Shown here: positions 46,700 through 55,698 of the stretch, one piece after another
Layout: each line of letters starts with the position of its first letter
Numbering within the stretch: the stretch's first letter is position 1
Origin: Phycisphaeraceae bacterium
GTDB taxonomy: Bacteria; Planctomycetota; Phycisphaerae; Phycisphaerales; UBA1924
Direction: 5' to 3'
DNA: 64,000 bases
NCBI GenBank assembly: GCA_020639235.1
Contig: JACKHC010000002.1
Coordinates: 116,841-180,840 of the forward strand
The notes under the pieces: model-generated
Told to the model about the DNA's origin: nothing
The model's database searches: none
The model's input: the letters and a program-made list of their open reading frames with translations, nothing else
Made by a program: the position numbers and the translations under genes

Positions 46700-46719
46700 T
46701 GTCGCGTCTTGTCGCGTCA
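46700..46719. promoter_or_regulatory. tandem 10-nt direct repeat TGTCGCGTCT/TGTCGCGTCA upstream of hppA
   Basis: Read directly from sequence, 57-76 nt upstream of the hppA start. One-helical-turn periodicity suggests a direct-repeat-binding regulator site. Confidence 0.25.
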
Positions 46720-46832
46720 CGGTTGTGCGCGATCCGTCGCGGGCGTGAAACAGTGGATGCCTATCAATCGTGAAAGGGTCGGTGATCCGGAGAGACCATC
46801 GACCCATCAGTTTCTTTCGGGGGCGTATCGGA

Positions 46833-47015
46833 TCAGCGCTCCGGGCCGCGCTTGACGGTCTTGCGCATGGCGCGGCGGCGACGCTCGGACGGCTTCTCGA
46901 AGTACTGCTTGCGCTTCACGTCTTTGGTGAGGCCTTCTTTTTCGCAGAGCTTTTTGAAGCGGCGCATGAGTTGTTCGGTAGACTCGCCGCCTCTTGCCTT
47001 GACTCGAATCGCCAT
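46833..47015 (-). CDS. rpsU: 30S ribosomal protein S21
   Basis: 60 aa 'MAIRVKARGGESTEQLMRRFKKLCEKEGLTKDVKRKQYFEKPSERRRR'. Confidence 0.9.
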   Translation of the reverse strand: MAIRVKARGGESTEQLMRRFKKLCEKEGLTKDVKRKQYFEKPSERRRRAMRKTVKRGPER

Positions 47016-47192
47016 CTTGGATCAATCCTCTCGTCGAATGTACGGTGGGCGTTCGCCCGGGACAGGGCGGGTACTATCCCGAATCCGGGGCCGGGGTGCA
47101 AGTCGGGGTTGGCGGTCTCCGGGCTGTTTGAGAGCCGGAGTCTCGATTGGTTGCGGGGGTGTCCCGACCCCGCGTAGTTTGGCAGGAGAACG

Positions 47193-47738
47193 ATGTCCAC
47201 GACCCCCAATACTCCCGGTTCAGGTCCCAGGAAGAAATCGGCCACCAGAGACGAGTCTCTTGGCGTCGAGAGGGCGGCGCGGGAGTTGGCCGCGGCCCGG
47301 GACTCGGCGGAGACTGTTGCCTTCGGGCTGGAAGTCGCCCGGGAACTCAAGGACGACAAGTGCGACCACATCCTCGTATTGGACCTGCGCGGTCTGAGCC
47401 AGGTGACCGATGTATTCGTGATCGCGTCGGGCACGAGCGATCGGCAGATGCGGTCGGCGGGGGAGCATGTGATCGAGATGGCCAAGGCGCGGGGGATGAC
47501 GCCGTTCCGGGAGAATGTCCGCGAGAGCGGTGCGAAGTGGGTCATCATCGATTTCGTAGACATGGTGGTGCATCTCTTCGAGCCGGACACGCGGGTGTTC
47601 TACGACCTCGAGATGCTGTGGGGCGACGCGAAGCGTCTGGATTGGCGCCGCCCGGATGACAAGGACGAGCCGACGCCCGACGATCAGCGGAACCGCGCCG
47701 GGCTGCGCGAAGACGACGTCCTGCCTGATCGCCCATGA
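47193..47738 (+). CDS. rsfS: ribosome silencing factor RsfS (Iojap family) with long N- and C-terminal extensions
   Basis: 'ILVLDLRGLSQVTDVFVIASGTSDRQMRS...WVIIDFVDMVVHLFEPDTRVFYDLEMLW'. Confidence 0.85.
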   Translation: MSTTPNTPGSGPRKKSATRDESLGVERAARELAAARDSAETVAFGLEVARELKDDKCDHILVLDLRGLSQVTDVFVIASGTSDRQMRSAGEHVIEMAKARGMTPFRENVRESGAKWVIIDFVDMVVHLFEPDTRVFYDLEMLWGDAKRLDWRRPDDKDEPTPDDQRNRAGLREDDVLPDRP

Positions 47739-49480
47739 GCCCCTCAACGTCCGGTGGCGGCGAGCGGCTGAGTCCGGCGGCACGGGCTTCGGCGATGGTG
47801 TCGGGGATTCCGCTGGCCAACAAGTGCATGATTCTGTTCGGCGCCGCGGTGGTCCTGATCATTGGCGCGGCGCTGATCGTTCCGTGGGTGCGGCTGGCGA
47901 CGATCGTGGACCAGAGCCAACTGGAGACCTCGCGCCAGATCGCGCGGTTGTGGCAGGAGAGTCCGATGATGATGCCCGACTGGACGGGCATGGCATCGGG
48001 CGAGGAGCGCGAGGCCAGGACGCGCCACCTGATGATCCGGTTCTATCCGGAGCAGGAGTGGGCGCGATCGGACTTCGGCGGCGGATTCCTGGCGGCGGCG
48101 CGAGAACGGCTGGCGTTGACGGGCGACCCGAAGCACGATGAGGATCGTGTCGAGCATTCGGAGGTGCTATCGGAGGACAACTCGCGGGTGTACCGGTACG
48201 CGCGCGGGATCATGAATCAATCCGGGGCGCGGATCGGTGTGCTGACGGTGCAGCGGCGGTCCGAGGTTGCGGCGAGCCAGTTGTTCGTGAACCGGATCTA
48301 TCTGCTCGCCGCCGGGTTCGGCGCGGGAACGCTGGCGGTGCTTGTTTTCTATCTGATCACCACGCGGATCATTCTCGAGCCGGTGCGTTCACTTCGCGCG
48401 ACGGCGGACCTGGTGCGGCAGGGGAACCTGGACATCCGCGCGGACTTGAAGACCGGCGATGAGTTCGAGGACCTGGGGGACACCTTCAACTCGATGCTTG
48501 TGGAACTGTCCGAGCAACAATCGAAGCTGCGGGGGATCAACCGCTCGCTCGATCTGCGGCTGACCGATCTCGCGGAGCGGAACGTGATGCTGCACGAGAC
48601 CGCGAAGATGAAGGGCGAGTTCCTGGCGAACATCAGTCATGAACTGCGCACGCCGCTCAACTCGATCATCGGGTTCGCGGAGATTCTCCAAGGGATCGCC
48701 GACAGCGATGCCCAGTCGACGGGCGGCCCCCCCACGGCCGAGCAGTTGGCCAAACGCCGGCGGTATTTGGACAACATCGTTGGAGCGGGCCGGTCGCTCC
48801 TTGAGATGATCAACGAGTTGCTCACGATGGCGCGGATCGATGCGGGCAAGGTTGAACTGCACATCCAGCGGCTCAATGTCGCCGAGACCTGCGAGGGGCT
48901 GCTCGCGCTGATTCGCCCCCTCGCGGAGAAGAAGCGTCTGGAACTGGCGCTGCAGCTGCCAACCTCGGACGGACGGCTGACCTCCAATCCTTCGATGGCC
49001 GATCTCCCACCGATCGAGACCGACCCGCAGAAGCTGCAGCAGATCGTGTTCAACTTCCTGTCGAACGCCGTGAAGTTCACACCCGAGGGTGGGAAGGTGA
49101 CGCTCCGCGCGGATCGGTTGTTCCCTGCGGACGGGACAGCGCGGGTGCGATTCAGCGTGATCGACACGGGGGACGGCATCCCAGCCGACAAGCACGAGTT
49201 CATCTTTCAGAAGTTCACGCAGCTCGACTCGGGGCACACGCGCGAGCAACAGGGCACGGGCCTCGGTCTGGCGATCGCGCGGGAGTTCTCGGAGTTGCTG
49301 CAGGGCGAGATCCTGCTGGACTCCGAGGTCGGGCGCGGATCGATGTTCTCCATTGTCGTGCCGCTGCGGATGGATCCTGATCTGGCGGCGCAGCGGGCGA
49401 TCGAGAACGCGGGGCGTTCGATGTTTGCGCGCGCGACCGAGCACTCGCACGAGGGCGCGGCTAGCGGTCCTTCAGGGTGA
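47735..49480 (+). CDS. HAMP-domain sensor histidine kinase
   Basis: Two TM segments, HAMP, H-box 'FLANISHELRTPLNSI', N/G boxes 'NAVKFTPEGG', 'DTGDGI', 'GTGLGLAI'; ATGA overlap with rsfS. Confidence 0.85.
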   Translation: MSPSTSGGGERLSPAARASAMVSGIPLANKCMILFGAAVVLIIGAALIVPWVRLATIVDQSQLETSRQIARLWQESPMMMPDWTGMASGEEREARTRHLMIRFYPEQEWARSDFGGGFLAAARERLALTGDPKHDEDRVEHSEVLSEDNSRVYRYARGIMNQSGARIGVLTVQRRSEVAASQLFVNRIYLLAAGFGAGTLAVLVFYLITTRIILEPVRSLRATADLVRQGNLDIRADLKTGDEFEDLGDTFNSMLVELSEQQSKLRGINRSLDLRLTDLAERNVMLHETAKMKGEFLANISHELRTPLNSIIGFAEILQGIADSDAQSTGGPPTAEQLAKRRRYLDNIVGAGRSLLEMINELLTMARIDAGKVELHIQRLNVAETCEGLLALIRPLAEKKRLELALQLPTSDGRLTSNPSMADLPPIETDPQKLQQIVFNFLSNAVKFTPEGGKVTLRADRLFPADGTARVRFSVIDTGDGIPADKHEFIFQKFTQLDSGHTREQQGTGLGLAIAREFSELLQGEILLDSEVGRGSMFSIVVPLRMDPDLAAQRAIENAGRSMFARATEHSHEGAASGPSG

Positions 49481-49883
49481 CCGCACGCTCATGATGGCGG
49501 ATAACGGGCCTGGCACCGGGACGTTCGTCGATGGCGATCACGTCGATTCGCAGGGGACGGTCGAGCCAGTTCTTCCGGCGCGCGATCAGACTCGTGACGC
49601 GCAGGAGGCGCCGCTTCTTGTCGCGTGTGATGGCGCGCTCGCCGGGCGATGAAAGGCCGTCGGAAACGGCGCGGGTCTTGACCTCAACGACGACAATCGT
49701 CTTGCGATCGGGCGCCAGCGCAACGATATCGGCCTCGCCCGCCGGAGTATGCAGGTTGCGCGCCAGGATGCGGTAGCGCTTCCTTCGGAGGTGCCTGCGT
49801 GCGAGTCGCTCGCCACGGATGCCGCGGAGCGCGGAGTCGGGCAGCGATGCGGGGCGGAAGAGCCGCGTGAGGAGGCGGCGCAT
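49461..49883 (-). CDS. yraN: YraN family (UPF0102) endonuclease-like protein
   Basis: 'GERLARRHLRRKRYRILARNLHTPAGEADIVA...VVVEVKTR'. Confidence 0.8.
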   Translation of the reverse strand: MRRLLTRLFRPASLPDSALRGIRGERLARRHLRRKRYRILARNLHTPAGEADIVALAPDRKTIVVVEVKTRAVSDGLSSPGERAITRDKKRRLLRVTSLIARRKNWLDRPLRIDVIAIDERPGARPVIRHHERAVTLKDR

Positions 49884-49886
49884 GGT

Positions 49887-51245
49887 TCAGCCCTCGGACC
49901 GGTAGCGGCGCGAGGCAAACTCGATGAGTTTGATGGCGATGGCCTCCTGGTCGGCGAGCCCGGCGCGCCCCACGATCTTCTGGAAGTAGCGACGCTCGGC
50001 CTCGGCGAATCGCTGCTCTCTGAGTTTCTGTTCGATCTCGAACTGCGCCTCATAGAGCGACTTCTCGGGCTGGGCATCGAGTTGCTCGAGCTTGATCCAC
50101 CAGGCCGAGTCGTTGGCGTTGACCCGTGGCGAAATCTGCCCCACGGACAGGGCGCGGGCGGCATCGTTGAGCGGTTCGAGGGCGATGATGTTGGCTTCAG
50201 CGATGCGGGGTGTGTCGAGTTGCTTGACCAGCTCCCCGGCGTTGACTTTATTGAACGCCGACTCGGCCTGCGCGATGTCCTTGAAGGGCGTTCCGGCGGC
50301 GAGCGCCGACTCGATGCGCTGCAACTTCTCCTGGTCGTTCGCGGGCGCCTGGATGATGCGCAGACGAGCCGTGGGCGGCGGGGCGAACTCCTCGGGGTGC
50401 AGGTCGTAGTACACCTCGATATCGCGGTAGGACACGGCGACGGACTCCGCGATCTCGCGCCGAATCTGTTCGCGGATGAAGGCGCGCTTGACCTCGTCAT
50501 CGACTTTCTGGTTGAGCGTCAGCCCTTCGGCCTCGAGGAGCCGGGTACGGGCGACCTCGCGCGAGCCGCCCGACTCGGAGATGAGCCCCTGCCGGATTCG
50601 ATCGACAAACGCGCCGATGCCGACGCGTTCTTCCTCGGAGAGCGACGCGCGGAACTCGGCGAGGAGGAGTTCGTCCTGAAGGATGTCGCGGAGGGCCCGG
50701 GCGATCTCGGCGGCGGCGAATCGCTGCCACTCGGTCTCTTTCATGCGTCCGGCTTCGGCGGCGAGGCGGGCGTCCATGGGTTCGAGGAACTCGGCCGCAT
50801 AGATGGGCTTGCCGTTGACCTGGCCGAGAAACGCATCGACCAGATAGCCCGATCGGGGCGTCGCCCGCGTGGGGCTTGGCGATGAGGTTCCGGGCGCCGA
50901 TCCGGCGGGCACATCGGTCGCGCTGAGCGTGATGGTGCGCGGAGCGGACTCGGAACCGGGCGCTCCGGTCAGGACGATGACATCGACGCCCTCTGCTCCG
51001 GGAGACGACTCTGCCGCGGGCGGCGCCAGGGGGATGGACGGCGCGGGGGCGTTGACGACGGCTGGATTCTGCACGCGGAACTGCGCGGGTGTGACGGTCC
51101 GGGTGGTCGTGGTCTGGCCCTGCTGGGCGCATGCCGCGACCGAGGTTGCGGCGGCGATCAGCGCGCCGGCTCTGATGACTCGGACTGCCTTCCGTGGTTG
51201 TGTCACTCGGTCGTCTCCGTGTTGGACCGTTCGGGCGTCGGGCAT
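49887..51245 (-). CDS. SurA/PpiC-like periplasmic chaperone / parvulin-type peptidyl-prolyl isomerase
   Basis: Signal/lipoprotein-like N-terminus 'ALIAAATSVAACAQQG', SurA-N-like helical region, and a degenerate parvulin-like segment 'ARLRIIQAP...GTPFKDIAQAES'. Start ATG 51245. Confidence 0.55.
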   Translation of the reverse strand: MPDARTVQHGDDRVTQPRKAVRVIRAGALIAAATSVAACAQQGQTTTTRTVTPAQFRVQNPAVVNAPAPSIPLAPPAAESSPGAEGVDVIVLTGAPGSESAPRTITLSATDVPAGSAPGTSSPSPTRATPRSGYLVDAFLGQVNGKPIYAAEFLEPMDARLAAEAGRMKETEWQRFAAAEIARALRDILQDELLLAEFRASLSEEERVGIGAFVDRIRQGLISESGGSREVARTRLLEAEGLTLNQKVDDEVKRAFIREQIRREIAESVAVSYRDIEVYYDLHPEEFAPPPTARLRIIQAPANDQEKLQRIESALAAGTPFKDIAQAESAFNKVNAGELVKQLDTPRIAEANIIALEPLNDAARALSVGQISPRVNANDSAWWIKLEQLDAQPEKSLYEAQFEIEQKLREQRFAEAERRYFQKIVGRAGLADQEAIAIKLIEFASRRYRSEG

Positions 51246-51407
51246 GGTACCGCGAGTCGCCCGGGGGTGAGCGCGTGGGTACACTTCTGGTCCGGCGCGA
51301 ATCGTGGCGGAATCCGCGGCGTTTCGGGCGTCGAACTCGATGCATACCGCGACGAGTCGCCGGCATTCGATCTTCACCCACAACGACTTATGGTCACGGA
51401 GGCCAAG

Positions 51408-51863
51408 ATGGCGAACTCAGGCAAGGACGGGGATGGCGCTCCGAAAATCATTGTTGACTCGGACTGGAAGGCACAGGCGCAGGCAGAGAAGGAGAAGTTG
51501 TCCGAGGTGGAAGAGCAGGCCGCGGCGGCCGGCGAGGCTCGTGGGCTGCCACCGGCGGACTTCCAATCGATTGTCGGCACGCTCTTCTCGCAGGCCTTGA
51601 TGTACCTGGGAGGGATGGCGGACCCCAAGACCGGGGCGGCGATGGTCGATCTCGAGGCGGGCAAGCACTTCATCGATCTGCTGGGCGTGCTCGACGAGAA
51701 GACCAAGGGGAACCTCGACGAGCAGGAGGCGGAGTTGATGAAGCAGGCCCTGGCTGAGGCGCGGGGGATGTTTGTTGAGATCAGCCGGGCGATCGAGCAG
51801 CAGATGGCCAAGCGGGCGGGCGGGGGTGCTGCAACGGGCGGCAAGGGGCCGATCATTCAGTAA
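51408..51863 (+). CDS. DUF1844 domain protein
   Basis: 'LPPADFQSIVGTLFSQALMYLGGMADPKTG...DLEAGKHFIDLLGVLDEKTKGNLDEQE'; ATG 51408 preceded by GGAGG. Confidence 0.65.
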   Translation: MANSGKDGDGAPKIIVDSDWKAQAQAEKEKLSEVEEQAAAAGEARGLPPADFQSIVGTLFSQALMYLGGMADPKTGAAMVDLEAGKHFIDLLGVLDEKTKGNLDEQEAELMKQALAEARGMFVEISRAIEQQMAKRAGGGAATGGKGPIIQ

Positions 51864-51904
51864 GCGCCGGAAGCCCACCAGTTCCAGAAGCGGAGACCGA
51901 CCCT

Positions 51905-52723
51905 GTGGCACAGAACAAGTCCTTTCTTGAGAAGCATCACTTCCTGTTGCGTCGGCTGCATTCGCTGGCGGGCGTGGTGCCGATCGGGGTGTTCCTGCTG
52001 TTCCACCTGACGACGAACGCGTCGATCGTGTGGGGCGCGATCAACAAGGGGAAGTTCGAGGGCGTGCACCCCGGTGCCGCGACCTTCCAGCACGAGGTCG
52101 GATTCATCCACTCGCTCCCGGCGTTGATCCTGATCGAGATTTTCGGGCTATGGCTCCCGATCGCGTTCCACTCGGTTCTGGGTGTGTACTACGCGACAAC
52201 GGGCAAGAACAACGTGGCGCATTACAAATACCAGGGTAACTGGCGCTACACGCTGCAACGGATCAGCGGATACATCGGCGTGTTGTTCATCTTCTACCAC
52301 GTGGCCACGCTGCGCTGGCACTGGACATTCCTCGTGCCGGGCGGGACGAAATGGAGCGGTGAATGGGCGGCTTCGACGCTCGCCGCTGCGATTCAGGGGA
52401 GCGAGTCCGGCTTCACGGCGATGGGTGTGGTGGTGGCGCTGTTCTACATGCTGGGTGTATCGCTGCTGGTGTTCCACCTGGCGAACGGGCTTTGGACCGC
52501 GGCGATCACCTGGGGGCTGACGATCTCGGAACAGGCCCAGAAGCGCTGGGGGTATGTGTGCGCTGCGGCGGGCGTCGGGCTGATGGCGCTGGCGTGGAGC
52601 GCCGTGATCGGGTTCGCGACGCTCGATTACGAAGAGGCGCGGCTCGCCGAGGAGCGCGTGCGCCACGGCGAGGTGACGATTGTGACCGAGAGCCAGCGGG
52701 CCGACGCGGGCGAGCGAGAGTAA
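51905..52723 (+). CDS. sdhC: succinate dehydrogenase/fumarate reductase cytochrome b subunit (b558 family)
   Basis: 'FLEKHHFLLRRLHSLAGVVPIGVFLLFHL' and five TM segments with conserved His; immediately precedes sdhA. Confidence 0.8.
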   Translation: MAQNKSFLEKHHFLLRRLHSLAGVVPIGVFLLFHLTTNASIVWGAINKGKFEGVHPGAATFQHEVGFIHSLPALILIEIFGLWLPIAFHSVLGVYYATTGKNNVAHYKYQGNWRYTLQRISGYIGVLFIFYHVATLRWHWTFLVPGGTKWSGEWAASTLAAAIQGSESGFTAMGVVVALFYMLGVSLLVFHLANGLWTAAITWGLTISEQAQKRWGYVCAAAGVGLMALAWSAVIGFATLDYEEARLAEERVRHGEVTIVTESQRADAGERE

Positions 52724-52733
52724 GGAGCCGATC

Positions 52734-54650
52734 GTGGGATCGAATGAACTTCGTGTGATCGTGGTCGGCGGCGGGCTCGCGGGTCTGGCGGCGACGGTGC
52801 GCATCGCGGAGGCGGGGCTGCCGGTTGATCTGTTCTCGCTCGTTCCCGTGAAGCGTTCGCATTCGGTGTGCGCGCAGGGCGGGATCAACGCGTGCAACGA
52901 GGTGGCGCGCCAGCAGGGGTACTCGGAGTACGAGCACTTCGACGAGACGATCTACGGCGGGGACTTCCTCCAGCATCAGCCGCCGGTGTACGAGATGGCG
53001 CACATGGCGCCGAAGATCATCGATCTGCTGGACCGCATGGGCGTGCCGTTCAACCGGACGGCCGAGGGGATGCGGGACCTGCGCTTGTTCGGCGGCTCGC
53101 TCTACAAGCGGACGCACTTCGCGGGTGCGACCACGGGCCAGCAGCTGATGTACGCGCTGGATGAGCAGACGCGCCGCTACCGGAGTGAGGGGAAGGTGAC
53201 GGCGTACGAGTTCTGGGAGTTCCTGTGGCCGGTGATTGATGTGGACGGCAAGTGCCGGGGCATCGTGGCGCAGGACCTCCGCACGATGCAGATCCGTTCG
53301 TTCCGAGCCGATGCCGTCGTGATCGCGACGGGCGGGTGCGGGCTGGTGTTCGGGCAGAGCACGAACTCGGTGATGTGCACGGGCGGTGCGGCGAGCCGGT
53401 GCTACCAGGCGGGCGTGAAGTACGCCAACGCGGAGTTCATCCAGGTGCACCCGACGGCGATTCCCGGCGCGGACAAGCTGCGACTGATGAGCGAGTCGGC
53501 GCGCGGCGAGGGCGGGCGTGTGTGGGTGCCGGCGGTGAAGAAAGACGGCAAGTGGGCGCCGCACCCGGACTCGGGGCGTGATCCTCGCAAGCTCGATGAG
53601 GCGACCGAGCGCTGGTACTTCCTCGAAGAGAAGTATCCCGCGTACGGGAACATCGTGCCGCGTGATATCGCGACGCGTGAGATTTTTAGCGTGTGCATGG
53701 CGGGGTTCGGCGTGGGCGGCGGGAACATGGTGTATCTCGACCTGACGCATCGCTCGAGGGAGTTCCTGGAAACGCGGCTCGGCGGGATTATCGAGATCTA
53801 TCGCAAGTTCGTGGGCGAGGACCCGGCGGAACTGCCCATGAAGATCTTCCCCGGCGTGCATTACTCGATGGGCGGGCTGTGGACGCAGTACGCGCCCAAG
53901 GGCGACCTGAAGGGTATGGTCAAGGGCGACCCGCGCAACATGATGACGAATGTCGAGGGGCTCTACGCCTTCGGCGAGGTCAACTACCAGTATCACGGCG
54001 CCAATCGCCTCGGCGCGAACGCGCTGCTGTCTTGCATCTTTGATGGTCTGTTCTGCGGCGAAGGCGTGGCCGGATATGTGCGCGAAATGGGCGCGGATCC
54101 GGCTTCCCAGGCGAGCGCCTCGATGTACGACGAGGTCGTGCGTCGCGAAGAGTCGCGGATCAAGTCGCTGCTTTCTTCGAAGGGCGGCGAGAATCCGTAT
54201 CAGATCGCCAAGGAACTCGGCGCGGAGATGACGGCGGCCTCGACGGTTGTCAAGTCGGGAGCGCGCCTCGAGAAGGCGCTCGCCAAACTGGAAGAACTGC
54301 GCGGACGGCACGAGAGGATGTCGCTCGCGGACACCGGATCGTGGGCGAACCAGAACCTCAACTGGGCGCGAGTCGTGGGCGACATGCTGGCGCTGGCGGA
54401 CCCGATCCTGCGCGGGGGGCTGATGCGCGAGGAGTCGCGCGGCTCGCATTACCGCGAAGACTTCACGGAGCGCAACGACGAGCGATTCCTCAAGACCTCG
54501 GTCGCGGAGTTCGATGCAACGACGGGACGCTCGCGGATCACGCACGAGGATGTGGAGATCGGGCTGGTCAAGCCGCGCGTGCGCAACTACGGCAAGGTCG
54601 GATCGAAGAGCAAGACCAAGAAGAATGAGCCCGCGACGGCGTCGGCCTGA
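52734..54650 (+). CDS. sdhA: succinate dehydrogenase/fumarate reductase flavoprotein subunit
   Basis: 'VVGGGLAGLAA' FAD fold, 'RSHSVCAQGGINA' covalent-FAD His region, 'ESRGSHYRED'; AAGGAG upstream of GTG 52734. Confidence 0.93.
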   Translation: MGSNELRVIVVGGGLAGLAATVRIAEAGLPVDLFSLVPVKRSHSVCAQGGINACNEVARQQGYSEYEHFDETIYGGDFLQHQPPVYEMAHMAPKIIDLLDRMGVPFNRTAEGMRDLRLFGGSLYKRTHFAGATTGQQLMYALDEQTRRYRSEGKVTAYEFWEFLWPVIDVDGKCRGIVAQDLRTMQIRSFRADAVVIATGGCGLVFGQSTNSVMCTGGAASRCYQAGVKYANAEFIQVHPTAIPGADKLRLMSESARGEGGRVWVPAVKKDGKWAPHPDSGRDPRKLDEATERWYFLEEKYPAYGNIVPRDIATREIFSVCMAGFGVGGGNMVYLDLTHRSREFLETRLGGIIEIYRKFVGEDPAELPMKIFPGVHYSMGGLWTQYAPKGDLKGMVKGDPRNMMTNVEGLYAFGEVNYQYHGANRLGANALLSCIFDGLFCGEGVAGYVREMGADPASQASASMYDEVVRREESRIKSLLSSKGGENPYQIAKELGAEMTAASTVVKSGARLEKALAKLEELRGRHERMSLADTGSWANQNLNWARVVGDMLALADPILRGGLMREESRGSHYREDFTERNDERFLKTSVAEFDATTGRSRITHEDVEIGLVKPRVRNYGKVGSKSKTKKNEPATASA

Positions 54651-54682
54651 GAACGGATACGGAACGACACGGGAGACGATTG

Positions 54683-55519
54683 ATGTCCTCGAAGAATGAT
54701 GCAAAGGGCAAGGCGGCCAACACGCGGACGGTGCGGTTCAACATCAAGCGGTGCGACGGGCCCGGCCAGCCCTCTCGGTGGGAACGGTTCGATGTCCCGG
54801 TGCAGTCGTCCAGCGCCGGCTCCGGCAGCGCGAATGTCATCTCGTGCCTGCAATGGATCGCCGCCAATCCCGTGACGATCGAGGGCAGGAAGACGACGCC
54901 CGTTTCGTTCGACTGCGGGTGCCTCGAAGAGGTGTGCGGCGCGTGCACGATGGTGATCAATGGGCAGGTGCGGCAGTCGTGCTCGTGCCTGATGGACTCG
55001 TGCGCGCCGAACGACGGTGACGAGGTGACACTCGAACCGATGAGCAAGTTCCCGGTGAACCGCGACTTGTTTGTTGATCGCTCGCGACTGTTCAATGATC
55101 TTGAGCGGATCAGGGGCTGGGTGCCGATCGACGGGACGTACGACCTGGGCGCGGGGCCGCGGGAAACGCCCGAGCAGCAGCAGCAGCGGTACAAGTTGTC
55201 GGAGTGCATGTCGTGCGGGTGCTGCCTGGAGGCGTGCCCGCAGTACACGCTCGAGCCGGACGAGAAGGAATGGGATCACGCCTTTGTCGGGGCCGCGGTG
55301 ATCAGCCAGACCCGGTACTTCAACATGCACGCGACCGGAAAGGAACTGGCCAAACAGCGTCTGGATGTGATGTCGGGCCCGGGCGGGGTATCGGACTGCG
55401 GCAACGCCCAGAACTGCGTGAAGGTATGCCCCAAGGAAATCCCGCTGACGGAGTCGATCGGGTCCGTCGGACGCCAGACGACGATTCACAAGATCCGCGA
55501 GTTCTTCATGGGCCGGTGA
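54683..55519 (+). CDS. sdhB: succinate dehydrogenase/fumarate reductase iron-sulfur subunit
   Basis: Cys clusters 'CGCLEEVCGAC', 'CMSCGCCLEACP', 'CGNAQNCVKVCP'. Confidence 0.9.
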   Translation: MSSKNDAKGKAANTRTVRFNIKRCDGPGQPSRWERFDVPVQSSSAGSGSANVISCLQWIAANPVTIEGRKTTPVSFDCGCLEEVCGACTMVINGQVRQSCSCLMDSCAPNDGDEVTLEPMSKFPVNRDLFVDRSRLFNDLERIRGWVPIDGTYDLGAGPRETPEQQQQRYKLSECMSCGCCLEACPQYTLEPDEKEWDHAFVGAAVISQTRYFNMHATGKELAKQRLDVMSGPGGVSDCGNAQNCVKVCPKEIPLTESIGSVGRQTTIHKIREFFMGR

Positions 55520-55698
55520 TCGGGAGGGGGGATCGCGCCGATATCCGGGCTATCCGCTTGGGAAAGGGTGCGACGCAACCCCCGGCGGTCGGTATGGATA
55601 TAGGTAGATTGGTGACCCCGCCCGCCCCGCCGCACCGTTGGTTTCGGTCGGGCGCCGCGGGGACTCGGGCGGGGAGCTCGCACGCGGAGGAGACCGGG

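Noticed and set aside
52506-54704. 732-aa minus-strand ORF
   Set aside because: Fully antisense to sdhA; no motifs; Arg/His/Pro-rich.
55204-55698. Upstream part of ORF 55204..56760
   Set aside because: Overlaps the sdhB coding region in another frame. A signal peptide and SD mark the real start at 55699.
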